From Candidatus Mediterraneibacter intestinavium (lineage in GTDB: Bacteria; Bacillota; Clostridia; Lachnospirales; Lachnospiraceae): DNA of 64,000 nt. The stretch is taken from NCBI GenBank assembly GCA_019119205.1, contig DWXK01000028.1, forward strand, positions 929 through 64,928. Reading direction: 5' to 3'. Positions 9,588 to 19,100 of the stretch are shown piece after piece (positions within the stretch are counted from its first letter, which is position 1; every line of letters begins with the position of its first letter). Made by a program: the position numbers and the translations under genes. The notes under the pieces were generated by a model. It worked only from the letters and a program-made list of their open reading frames with translations. It was not told where the DNA came from and made no database searches.

Positions 9588-10007
9588 TTATAACTCTTTT
9601 TCTTCGATCAGCTTAACATCCGCGTCCCGCAAAAACTGCTCTGCTTTCTTAAAATCATCCGTGTGGAAGATCATCACGGGAGCTTTTCCTTCCCGGATCA
9701 CAAAGGAATAGATATAATTTACGTTGATCTCTCCGTCTGCGAGGATCTTGAGCATCTGGTTTAAGTTGCCCTTCTTATCCTCCAGTTCCACACCGATCAC
9801 ATCGCCTATCCTTGTAACAAACCCTTTTGACGTCAGACTTTCCTTTGCCCGTTCCGGCTCATCCACCACAAGGCGCATGATCCCGAATTCGGGGGTGTCA
9901 AATGTAGAGATCGCACGGATGTTGATATGCGCTTCCGTGAGGGCGGATGTAACGCGCATCATGCTTCCCGGTTCATTTTCAACAAAAACTGATATCTGCC
10001 TGATCAA
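9588..10007 (-). CDS. Stand-alone ACT domain protein (COG4747-like)
   Basis: QISVFVENEPG, INIRAISTFDT..FGIMR, NVNYIYSF. Confidence 0.88.
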   Translation of the reverse strand: MIRQISVFVENEPGSMMRVTSALTEAHINIRAISTFDTPEFGIMRLVVDEPERAKESLTSKGFVTRIGDVIGVELEDKKGNLNQMLKILADGEINVNYIYSFVIREGKAPVMIFHTDDFKKAEQFLRDADVKLIEEKEL

Positions 10008-10030
10008 TGTCCCACCTCCTTTTTTAAGTA

Positions 10031-10615
10031 TTACTTTTCAACCTGACTGAGGCTGTATCCTACATCAAAAGCCTTTTTATTGATATCGATCGTCTTCGGG
10101 GGTACAGTCTTTTCAATAACCTCATACCACTGTTCTTTTGTAAAATCCATATGCTGTGCGGCAACTCCCAGCACGATCAGATTAAATACTTTCGGGTTTC
10201 CAAGTTTCTTTGACTCCTCCGTAGCATCCACCCGGTAGACCTTATATTCCTTTTCCAGATCTTCCAGTATATGTTCCGGATACTGTGCGTTTCCGATCAC
10301 CACAGGCATGGGGTCGATACGCCAGTCATTCACGATGAGGGCGCCGTCTTTCTTAAGGAAATGTGCATACCGCAGGGCTTCCAGGCGCTCAAACGCGATG
10401 ATCACATCCGCCTGCCCTTCCTCCACGATCGGTTCTGCAACTTTATCTCCGTATCGGACAAACGTGACAACGCTGCCTCCTCTCTGCGCCATTCCATGAA
10501 CTTCGGAAAGTTTTACATCATAGCCTCCCGCTATCGTCAGTCCTCCAAGAACGCGGCTGGTGAGCAGGGTTCCCTGTCCTCCAACGCCGACGATCATAAT
10601 ATTTTTTACTGCCAT
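10031..10615 (-). CDS. iorB: Indolepyruvate:ferredoxin oxidoreductase beta subunit
   Basis: GVGGQG, SEVHGMAQRGGSV. Confidence 0.93.
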   Translation of the reverse strand: MAVKNIMIVGVGGQGTLLTSRVLGGLTIAGGYDVKLSEVHGMAQRGGSVVTFVRYGDKVAEPIVEEGQADVIIAFERLEALRYAHFLKKDGALIVNDWRIDPMPVVIGNAQYPEHILEDLEKEYKVYRVDATEESKKLGNPKVFNLIVLGVAAQHMDFTKEQWYEVIEKTVPPKTIDINKKAFDVGYSLSQVEK

Positions 10616-10618
10616 CTT

Positions 10619-12364
10619 TTACTCACCCGCCTTTATAAGTTCTATCGCGTCAAATTTACAGAGTGTCTCACACAGTCCGCAGCCGGTGCACATAGTATCG
10701 TCAATATGGATCGTGCCGTCCTCATTTCTCGTCATCGCAGGACATCCCGGCTTCATGCACATACCGCATTTCTTACACTTGTCTGCATGGGCGATGTAGA
10801 GAGGTTTCTTTCTCTTATCGAGGAGCACGCAGGGAGTCTTTGTGATGATCACGGAGATCTCGTCCTTCGCTGTCTCTTCTTTTATCGTCTTTTCCAGCAG
10901 CGCGATATCAAACGCATTGATCTCATATACATTCTCTATGCCCATGGCACGGCAGATCCCCGGGATGCTGATCGCATAGGTCGGATCTCCCTGGAGCGTC
11001 TTTCCTGTCGCAGCGTGGTCCTGATGTCCGGTCATTCCTGTCGTGGAGTTGTCCAGGATGATCACGTTCCCCGTCGCTTTATTGTATACCATGTTCATCA
11101 GAGAATTTACGCCGGTATGCATAAACGTAGAATCTCCGATCACGGCTACCCAGTCTTTTATGTATTCTTTTCCTTTCGCCTTCTCCATCCCGTGGAGGGT
11201 TGAGATGCTCGATCCCATGCACATCGTGGTGTCAATGACACTTAAAGGCGCCACCGCTCCCAGCGTATAGCAGCCGATGTCTCCCGCCGCGTGCATCTTC
11301 AGCTTGTTGAGTACGTAGAACACGCTCCTGTGAGGACATCCCGGACAGAGGATCGGAGGTCTTCCCGGAGCCGCTGCCGGCTCTTTGAGATCCAGTTCCT
11401 GTTTCAGGATCGCTTTTCTGAGCATGTTCGCGCTGTATTCTCCCTGCACTGTAAGGATCTCTTTCCCGATGGCCTTGATGCCCCAGGACTTCACCTGCTC
11501 CTCGATCACCGGGTCAAGTTCTTCCACCACATACAGTGTATCTACTTTGTGAGCAAACTCTTCGATCAGTTTTCTCGGGAGCGGATTGACCATACCCAGT
11601 TTCAGCACGGAAGCCTCCGGAAGAGCCTCTTTTACATACTGGTAGGGAATTCCGCTGGTGATGACTCCGATCCTTGTGTCATTCATCTCCATCCGGTTCA
11701 TGGAAAGGGTGTTGGCCGCCTCGGCGAGATCGTTGTTCAGCTTTTCAATCTCCACATGGCGGACCTTTGCATTTCCGGGCATCATAACGTTCTTCTGGAT
11801 ATTCTTTACATAGGGCTTATCCTCCGGCTCCACACGGTCCTTTAATTCCACGATACCCTGGGAATGTGCCAGCCTTGTCGTAGTGCGGAAGATAAACGGG
11901 CGGTCATACTTTTCACTCAGCTCAAACGCTTCTTTGAAAAGGTCTTTCGCCTCTGCACTGTCAGAGGGCTCGATCACCGGGATCTGAGCCGCCCTTGCGA
12001 CCATCCTCGTATCCTGCTCATTCTGTGAACTGTAAAGCCCCGGATCATCCGCCACCACGATGACGAGTCCTCCGTTCACTCCCATGTAAGATACGGAATA
12101 CAGCGGATCCGCAGCCACGTTAAGTCCCACGTGCTTCATACAGGCCATGGAACGGGCTCCCGCAAGGCTTGCTCCCACTGCCACCTCGGTCGCCACTTTC
12201 TCATTCGGCGCCCATTCTTCGTATACATCGTCTCTGTACTGTACCAGATATTCGCTTATCTCTGTGCTGGGTGTCCCCGGATATGCAGAAGAGACTTTCA
12301 CTCCTGCTTCATATGCTCCACGGGCGATCGCCTCATTTCCCAGCATGATCACTTTTTCTCCCAT
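10619..12364 (-). CDS. iorA: Indolepyruvate:ferredoxin oxidoreductase alpha subunit
   Basis: LGNEAIARG, YPGTPSTEI, KHVGLNVAADP, CPGCPHR, GDIGCY, TPP motif GDSTF, two C-terminal 4Fe-4S motifs. Confidence 0.95.
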   Translation of the reverse strand: MGEKVIMLGNEAIARGAYEAGVKVSSAYPGTPSTEISEYLVQYRDDVYEEWAPNEKVATEVAVGASLAGARSMACMKHVGLNVAADPLYSVSYMGVNGGLVIVVADDPGLYSSQNEQDTRMVARAAQIPVIEPSDSAEAKDLFKEAFELSEKYDRPFIFRTTTRLAHSQGIVELKDRVEPEDKPYVKNIQKNVMMPGNAKVRHVEIEKLNNDLAEAANTLSMNRMEMNDTRIGVITSGIPYQYVKEALPEASVLKLGMVNPLPRKLIEEFAHKVDTLYVVEELDPVIEEQVKSWGIKAIGKEILTVQGEYSANMLRKAILKQELDLKEPAAAPGRPPILCPGCPHRSVFYVLNKLKMHAAGDIGCYTLGAVAPLSVIDTTMCMGSSISTLHGMEKAKGKEYIKDWVAVIGDSTFMHTGVNSLMNMVYNKATGNVIILDNSTTGMTGHQDHAATGKTLQGDPTYAISIPGICRAMGIENVYEINAFDIALLEKTIKEETAKDEISVIITKTPCVLLDKRKKPLYIAHADKCKKCGMCMKPGCPAMTRNEDGTIHIDDTMCTGCGLCETLCKFDAIELIKAGE

Positions 12365-12365
12365 T

Positions 12366-13676
12366 TTATAATCCATCCTTTCGTAAATCTGTCACTCTCT
12401 TTGCCTTCCCCTCAAACCGCTTCAGTGAGTTCGGGGCTACAAGGCGGATCTGAGTGGCAAGACCAAGCTGCGCCTTGAGCGCTTTTCGGATCCTTGCCTC
12501 CAGTTCACTCAGCTGTGAGTAACTGTCAAGCAGTCTGTCATCCACCAGTTCTACGGTGATCGTCATGACATCCAGGCGGTTCTTTCTCTCCACCAGGATC
12601 TCATAGTGAGGACCGATCTCGTCGATCTTGAGCAGGACTTCCTCGATCTGCGTCGGGAAGACGTTCACGCCGCGGATGACGAGCATATCGTCCGCACGGC
12701 CGGAAAGATTTTCCATTCTGCATGTTGTCCTGCCGCATCTGCAGGGTTCATACATCAGCCTCGTCATATCCCCTGTGCGGTATCTCACCAGAGGCAGTGC
12801 TTCTTTTCCAAGGCAGGTGACCACAAGTTCTCCTCTTTCTCCGGGGGGAAGTACCTCTTCTGTCTCGGGATCGATGATCTCCGGGATAAACCAGTCCTCG
12901 TTCACATGCATGCCGCACAGTTCCGTGCACTCTCCTGCCACACCGGGACCGCACAGTTCGCTCATCCCGTAATTCTGGGTACAGATAAAACTCTCCCCCC
13001 AGACTTTATGCATCTCATCACGCATGGGTTCTGTCATGCCCTCTCCTCCGAAAAGACCGATATGAAGCTTCAGATCTCTCTCCGGATCGATCCCTCTCTT
13101 TCTCACCTCTTCACCGAGATGGAGTGCGTAAGATGGTGTCGCCACAAGAAGAGTCACACCCATATCCTGCAGGAACATGATCTGCTTGTTTGTATTTCCT
13201 GATGACATAGGGATAACCGATGCCCCGATCTTTTCCAGTCCTCCGTGAAGTCCCAGCGCACCTGTAAATGTCCCGTAACCAAACGAGATCTGAGCCACAT
13301 CCTCAGCGGTCGCTCCGCCCATGCAGGCGAGCCTGGCCACATTGTTCAGCCACATCTCCAGGTCATTCCTTGTATATCCTACGACCGTCGGTTTTCCCGT
13401 CGTCCCGGAACTTGCGTGATAGCGGACGATCTCCTTTTTATCTACCGCAAAAAGCCCGTCCGGATAATTGTCCCTGAAATCTGACTTATATGTAAACGGC
13501 ATCTTCTTCAGATCTTCAAGCGTCTGGATATCCTCCGGCTTTACCCCTGCCGCGTCCATCTTCTCGCGATAAGGCTTCACACGGTCATAAATGTACCGGA
13601 CCGTATCTTTCAGCTTTGCGAGCTGTATCGCCTCGATCTCGCTTCTCGGCAGAGTCTCTTCCTTTGCCCATATCAT
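12366..13676 (-). CDS. paaK: Phenylacetate-CoA ligase family protein (paralog 1)
   Basis: HASSGTTGKP, YGMSELCGPGV, RYRTGD, GRADDML.IRGVNVFP. Confidence 0.9.
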   Translation of the reverse strand: MIWAKEETLPRSEIEAIQLAKLKDTVRYIYDRVKPYREKMDAAGVKPEDIQTLEDLKKMPFTYKSDFRDNYPDGLFAVDKKEIVRYHASSGTTGKPTVVGYTRNDLEMWLNNVARLACMGGATAEDVAQISFGYGTFTGALGLHGGLEKIGASVIPMSSGNTNKQIMFLQDMGVTLLVATPSYALHLGEEVRKRGIDPERDLKLHIGLFGGEGMTEPMRDEMHKVWGESFICTQNYGMSELCGPGVAGECTELCGMHVNEDWFIPEIIDPETEEVLPPGERGELVVTCLGKEALPLVRYRTGDMTRLMYEPCRCGRTTCRMENLSGRADDMLVIRGVNVFPTQIEEVLLKIDEIGPHYEILVERKNRLDVMTITVELVDDRLLDSYSQLSELEARIRKALKAQLGLATQIRLVAPNSLKRFEGKAKRVTDLRKDGL

Positions 13677-13795
13677 TGCATATATCCTCCTACTATTATA
13701 AAAATTAGCCTTTCATCAGTATAACACAATACTTTGTCGAATTAAAGTGGAAAATTAAGATTTGGCGGGGAGAGTGGGTGGTGGGGGTGGATAGG

Positions 13796-13933
13796 CCGCC
13801 GGAGGGGGATACTGCCTGCGGACACGCTCCCGCTCGGAAAACAACGCAGCGGTACGTAGGCGCGCAAAGGACGCGCGCCAAGTGCCGGCGTTGTTTTAAC
13901 GGTCCTTAGTCAGCACACCCCTCCGGCTGGGCT
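13796..13933 (-). repeat. About 140-bp structured repeat, copy A (inverted relative to B and C)
   Basis: Reverse complement aligns with 14279-14417 and 16031-16170; 76 nt are identical to copy C. Confidence 0.92.
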
Positions 13934-14017
13934 GTCCTCCCCGGCAGGACCGCTCTCTCCGGCAGATCTTGAAAAAGGGATGGGAGGTCAAAGGGGAAGT
14001 TTTGGATGAGGAGGGGT

Positions 14018-14047
14018 GGGAGGGGCGCGCTTGGAAGCGCTGCTCCC
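14018..14047 (-). repeat. Short REP-like palindrome, copy 1
   Basis: Reverse complement is GGGAGCAGCGCTTCCAAGCGCGCCCCTCCC, matching the repeats at 15826-15992. Confidence 0.75.
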
Positions 14048-14074
14048 AAGTCCCTTCCGATTAGAAGGGATTAA

Positions 14075-14156
14075 AAAATAGTGGGAGAAGGGGGAGCGTT
14101 ACTGAATGTACGGTATTCCGTTCCATCAGTAACGCTCCCCCCTGTCCCACTATTTT
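14075..14156. repeat. 82-bp near-perfect palindrome
   Basis: AAAATAGTGGGA..GGGGGAGCGTTACTGA / TCAGTAACGCTCCCCC..TCCCACTATTTT with an inner ACGG-tatt-CCGT. Confidence 0.9.
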
Positions 14157-14179
14157 CAATTTCCGACAGGAAGCGCCCA

Positions 14180-14215
14180 GGGAGCCGCGCCCGCTTCACG
14201 CGGGCGCATCCTCCC
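14180..14215 (+). repeat. Short REP-like palindrome, copy 2
   Basis: GGGAGCCGCGCCCGC-TTCAC-GCGGGCGCATCCTCCC. Confidence 0.7.
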
Positions 14216-14278
14216 GAACGGTCCCGGACCTGCCGGGGAAGCATCTCCCCCTCTGAACGGATCCGCTGCGGAGGGAAC

Positions 14279-14417
14279 AGCCCAGCCGGAGGGAGGTGTT
14301 GTCCAAGGGCCGTTAAAACAATGCCGGCACTTAGAGCGCGTCCTTTGCGCTCTTACGTGTCCGCTGCATTGTTTTCCGAGCGGGAGCGTGCCCGCAGACA
14401 ATATCTCCCTCCGGCGG
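14279..14417 (+). repeat. About 140-bp structured repeat, copy B
   Basis: Aligns with copies A and C; nested stems CCGGAGGGAG../..CTCCCTCCGG, AAAACAATGC/GCATTGTTTT and AGAGCGC/GCGCTCT. Confidence 0.92.
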
Positions 14418-14444
14418 ACGTCCCCCCTCCCGCCAGCTCCGGCT

Positions 14445-15680
14445 CTAGCAGAGCGGATACTTCTCCGTCAGCTCCGCGACCATCGCTCTTGCTTTCTCTA
14501 CGTTATCCTCGCTCTGGATCACCATGGCGATGATCTCCGCGATCTTATCCATGTCGTCCTCTTTCATGCCGCGGGTGGTCACCGCCGGGGTTCCAAGCCT
14601 TACGCCGCTGGTGACGAACGGAGAACGGGGATCATTGGGAATCGTGTTCTTGTTGCATGTCACATGAGCGTCGTCGAGACGTTTCTCCAGCTCTTTCCCG
14701 CTGACTCCTGCCTCTGTCAGGTCGACCAGCATCAGGTGGTTGTCTGTATCGCCGGAGACGATCTTCACGCCGCGTTTCTTCAGTCCTTCACACAGCGCTT
14801 TCGCGTTCTTTACGATCTGCTGCTGATACTCTTTGAACTCAGGCTGGAGCGCTTCTTTAAAGCAGACTGCCTTTGCAGCGATCACGTGCATCAGCGGGCC
14901 GCCCTGGATTCCCGGGAAGACTGCTTTGTTGAAATTGAACTTCTCGTTCATCTCATTGCTGGACAGGATCAGCCCTCCGCGCGGTCCGCGCAGCGTCTTG
15001 TGCGTCGTTGTTGTGGTCACATGCGCGTAGGGGATCGGACTGGGATGGAGCCCTGCAGCCACGAGCCCTGCGATATGAGCCATATCTACCATAAGATATG
15101 CACCGACTTCGTCTGCGATCTCGCGGAACCGTTTGAAATCAATGGTGCGTGCATACGCGCTGGCGCCAGCCACGATCATCTTCGGTTTACACTCCTTCGC
15201 GATGCGGAGCACCTCGTCATAATCGATCACGCCCTCATCGTTGACACCATATGGCACGACGTTAAAGTACTTTCCGGACATATTGACCGGAGAACCGTGG
15301 GTCAGGTGTCCGCCATGGTCAAGGTTCATCCCCATGTACGTATCTCCCGGCTGAAGTATCGCAAAGAACACAGCCATATTCGCCTGCGCTCCGGAGTGGG
15401 GCTGTACGTTGGCATATTCACACCCGAACAGTTCCTTTGCCCTCTCTCTGGCAAGTTCCTCCACCACATCCACGCACTGGCATCCGCCGTAATAACGCTT
15501 TCCCGGATAGCCTTCTGCATATTTGTTCGTCAGCGGGCTTCCCATAGCTGCCATCACTGCCTTGCTCACCCAGTTCTCAGACGCGATCAGCTCGATGTGT
15601 GAGTTCTGCCTCGCCATCTCATCCTTGATCGCCCCTGCGATCTCCGGGTCCGTTGTCATGATCTCATCGAAGTCGTACAT
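14445..15680 (-). CDS. glyA: Serine hydroxymethyltransferase
   Basis: [43 protein letters not shown]; start re-set to ATG 15680 after GGAGG. Confidence 0.97.
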   Translation of the reverse strand: MYDFDEIMTTDPEIAGAIKDEMARQNSHIELIASENWVSKAVMAAMGSPLTNKYAEGYPGKRYYGGCQCVDVVEELARERAKELFGCEYANVQPHSGAQANMAVFFAILQPGDTYMGMNLDHGGHLTHGSPVNMSGKYFNVVPYGVNDEGVIDYDEVLRIAKECKPKMIVAGASAYARTIDFKRFREIADEVGAYLMVDMAHIAGLVAAGLHPSPIPYAHVTTTTTHKTLRGPRGGLILSSNEMNEKFNFNKAVFPGIQGGPLMHVIAAKAVCFKEALQPEFKEYQQQIVKNAKALCEGLKKRGVKIVSGDTDNHLMLVDLTEAGVSGKELEKRLDDAHVTCNKNTIPNDPRSPFVTSGVRLGTPAVTTRGMKEDDMDKIAEIIAMVIQSEDNVEKARAMVAELTEKYPLC

Positions 15681-15825
15681 TCTCATTCTCCTCCATATAA
15701 AATAATCCCGGCAGCATCTGTAGAAATCTCCTCCAGACAACAACAGGTCCTCCCGCCGCATGCGCCGCCTATGAAAAAGATTATAGCACGGCACACCCTC
15801 TTCGTCCATAGAAAGCTTCCCATCC

Positions 15826-15992
15826 GGGAGCAGTGCCCCTTCAGGGCACGCCCCTCCCGCTCCGCCCATCTCATCCCATCCGGGAGCAGTGCCCCTTCAG
15901 GGGCACGCCCCTCCCCCCATTCCCAACTCGCTTCCACTCCCCCCATCTCATCCCACCAGGGAGCAGCGCCCCTTCAGGGGCGCGCCCCTCCC
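15826..15992 (+). repeat. Three tandem short REP-like palindromes (15826-15858, 15882-15915, 15959-15992)
   Basis: GGGAGCAG(T/C)GCCCC-TTCA-GGG(G)C(A/G)CGCCCCTCCC units separated by C-rich linkers. Confidence 0.9.
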
Positions 15993-16030
15993 GGAAGCCC
16001 CGCCAATTTCCAAGCTTTCCGGCCGGAAGA

Positions 16031-16170
16031 AGCCCAGCTGGCAGGGATATGCTGCCTAAGGACCGTTAAAACAACGCCGGCACTTGGCGCGCGTCCTTTG
16101 CGCGCCTACGTACCGCTGCGTTGTTTTCCGAACGAAAGTGAGTCCGCAGGCAGCACATCCCTGCCGGCGG
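16031..16170 (+). repeat. About 140-bp structured repeat, copy C
   Basis: Aligns with copies A and B; lies about 20 bp past the polC stop. Confidence 0.92.
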
Positions 16171-16189
16171 ACTCACCCCCCAAAAAAGC

Positions 16190-19100
16190 TTAGAAATCAA
16201 ACAGCGACAATTGATTGCTCTGCGGCAGATCCCCAAACAGCCCCAGATCCGCCATCAGGTCGATGACCGTCTTGCTGACCTTGGTCCTCTGCCGGAAATC
16301 ATCCAGAGACAGATACGGACCGTCTTTCGACGCCTCTTCCACCGCCTCCGCAGCCTTGTCTCCCATCCCTTCGATACTTGCAAGGGAGGGCATGAGTTTT
16401 CCGTCTATGATCTGGAACATCTTCGCCTTGGCACGGTAGATGTCGATGGGCATGAACTCAAACCCTCTGGCGTACATCTCCTGGACGATCTTCATATCCT
16501 TCATGACGTCCTGCTCTTTCTTGCTGAGACTGTCGATCCTCTTCTTGTAATCTTTCATATAATAATCCAGCTTTTCCTTTCCCTGGCACATGATCTCATA
16601 CGAGAAGGCATCCGCACGGATACCGAAATATGCCGCATAGTAGGCAAGCGGATAATTGATCTTGCAGTAGGCGATGCGGTACGCCATCATAACGTAGGCC
16701 GCCGCGTGAGCCTTCGGGAACATGTAGCTGATCTTCTTGCAGGACCAGATATACCAGTCAGGCACATCCTGTGCCTTCATTGCCTCTTCCCACTCCGGCT
16801 TCAGTCCTTTTCCTTTACGGACGCTCTCCATGATGGTAAACGCCAGGGCGCTCTCCACCCCTTTGTTGATCAGATAGATCATGATATCGTCACGGGTACA
16901 GATCGCTGTTGAGATGGTCGCCTTTCCGGATTTCACCAGTTCCTGGGCATTTCCCAGCCACACGTTGGTCCCGTGGGACAGACCGGAGATACGGATCAGG
17001 TCAGACAGTGTCTGAGGTTTCGTGTCTTCCACCATCTGGATAACGAAATCGGTCCCGAACTCCGGGATACCGAGACATCCCAGTTTGCAGCCGTCTATAT
17101 CTTCCGGTTTTATGCCGAGGACTTCCGTGCCGTGGAACAGTTCGATCACCCGCTCGTCATCGAGAGGGATCTCTGTGGCGATGAACGGATGCTCCTCATT
17201 GTACTCATTGTCCATGGCGTCAGAAGTGATGTAGTCCTCCAGGGTACGGATCATGGTCGGATCGTCGTGTCCCAGGATATCCAGCTTCAGAAGGTTATGG
17301 TCAATGGAATGATAGTCGAAATGGGTCGTGATGATCCCGCATTCCATATCGTTCGCCGGATGCTGCACCGGGGTGAACTCATTGATATCGTGTCCGTGAG
17401 GGAGCACGACGATGCCTCCCGGGTGCTGCCCGGTGCTCCTCCGGATCCCGGTACATCCCACCGTGACTCTCTCGATCTCACATTTCCGCTTTCTCTGCTC
17501 ATGTTCCTCATAGTAATTCTTCACGAATCCGTAAGCGGTCTTGTCCGCCAGGGTTCCGATGGTCCCTGCTTTAAAGGTATGCCCCTCGCCGAAGAGGACT
17601 TCGGTATACTTATGCGCCTTCGCCTGATAATCACCGGAAAAGTTCAGGTCAATGTCAGGCTCCTTGTCTCCTTTGAATCCCAGGAAGGTCTCGAAGGGGA
17701 TATCAAACCCGGCTTTTACCAGTTTTTCCCCGCAGACAGGACAGTTCCTGTCGGGCATGTCATATCCGCATCCTCCTGCGAAAGCCCGTACTTCTTCGGA
17801 TTCAAAATCACTGTAATGGCATTTTTTGCAGTAATAGTGCGGACTCAGCGGATTCACCTCTGTGATCCCCGACATGGTAGCCACAAAGGAGGAGCCGACC
17901 GATCCTCGGGATCCTACCAGGTAGCCGTCCGCGTTTGATTTCCACACCAGCTTCTGGGCAATGATGTACATGACGGCGTATCCGTTGGAGATGATGGAGT
18001 TCAGTTCTTTTTCCAGTCTGGAAGAGACCTGTACAGGCAGGTCTTCTCCGTACATCTCATGTGCTTTCCTGTAACAGATGTCGCGGAGCTCCTGGTCCGA
18101 ATTTTCAATGACCGGCGGACACTTGTTGGGATTCACAGGAGAGATCTTCTCCACCATCCTGGCGATCTTGTTCGGGTTGTCAATGACGATCTCCCGCGCT
18201 TTCGCGGATCCCAGATATGCAAACTCATCCAGCATCTCCTCCGTGGTCCGCAGGAACAGGGGCGGCTGGGTGTCCGCATCATCAAACCCTTTTCCTGCCA
18301 TGATGATCCGGCGGTACACTTCGTCCTCCGGATCGAGGAAATGGACGTCACAGGTCGCCACCACAGGTTTTTTAAACTTTTCTCCCAGTTCCACGATCTC
18401 CCGGTTCAGGTTTCTCAGATCCTCCTCTGAAGTGACGTCCGGAAGCCGGTCGCTCTCGATCATGAACCGGTTGTTCCCGATGGGCTGGATCTCGTAATAA
18501 TCATAGAAATCTGCCAGCCTCGCGATCTGCTCCGCGGACCGCTTCTCCAGGATCGCCTGATAAAGTTCTCCCGCCTCACAGGCACTTCCTATGATGAGCC
18601 CTTCCCTGTACTCATTGAGCAGGCTCTTCGGGATCCTCGGCCTTCTTGCATAATAAGTCAGGTGGGACTCCGTGATCAGCTGATAAAGATTGAACCTTCC
18701 AATATCATTCTTGGCAAGGATGATGATATGGTGGGTCGCCATCTTCCGGATCGCATTGACGTTCCGGTCTCCAAAATGGTTCATCTCCTTCAGGGTAGTG
18801 ATATGCCTGTCTTTGAGCATCTCCACAAATTTCACAAAGATCTCTGCCGTAGCCCCGGCATCGTCCACGGCGCGGTGGTGATTCTCCAGGGAAATGCCAA
18901 GCGCCTTTGCAACGATATTTAGTTTATATTTTGACAGTGTAGGAAGCAGGACCCTCGCCATAGCGACAGTGTCAACATATGTAAACTTTCTCTCGATCGC
19001 CTGGTTTCTGCAGTTCTGCTCTATAAATCCCACATCGAATCCTGCGTTGTGCGCCACAAGCACGCCATCCCCGACAAATTCGAGGAACTGGGGCAGGATC

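Noticed and set aside
13764-13795. G-quadruplex-like G-rich run
   Set aside because: G-tracts are irregular and are explained as the complement of the C-rich linkers that flank the repeat family
14081-14533. 150-aa ORF here and 140-aa ORF at 15771-16193 sharing 'VKTxPALxARPLRxYV'
   Set aside because: The shared peptide is just translation through the GC-rich DNA repeat; substitutions preserve base pairing rather than codons, and there is no RBS
14388-15602. 404-aa plus-strand ORF (and similar ORFs opposite ptsI, polC, rho, galE and the TIGR01212 gene)
   Set aside because: Antisense shadows of well-conserved genes
15681-15790. ZTP or other riboswitch upstream of glyA
   Set aside because: The leader lacks the ZTP consensus elements (GACTGGCG...GTGG...CCAC...GCCTGGGC) and I recognise no other aptamer
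15681-15869. N-terminal extension of GlyA in the ORF track (likewise cysK, prmC, csp, csoR, YkgJ and TIGR01212)
   Set aside because: Upstream in-frame starts run through promoter or repeat DNA; downstream ATGs have proper RBSs and give family-typical lengths
15826-15992. Possible mini CRISPR array (three palindromic repeats of about 34 bp)
   Set aside because: Spacers are unequal (about 23 and 43 bp), low-complexity and similar to each other; isolated copies occur elsewhere; no cas genes or AT-rich leader
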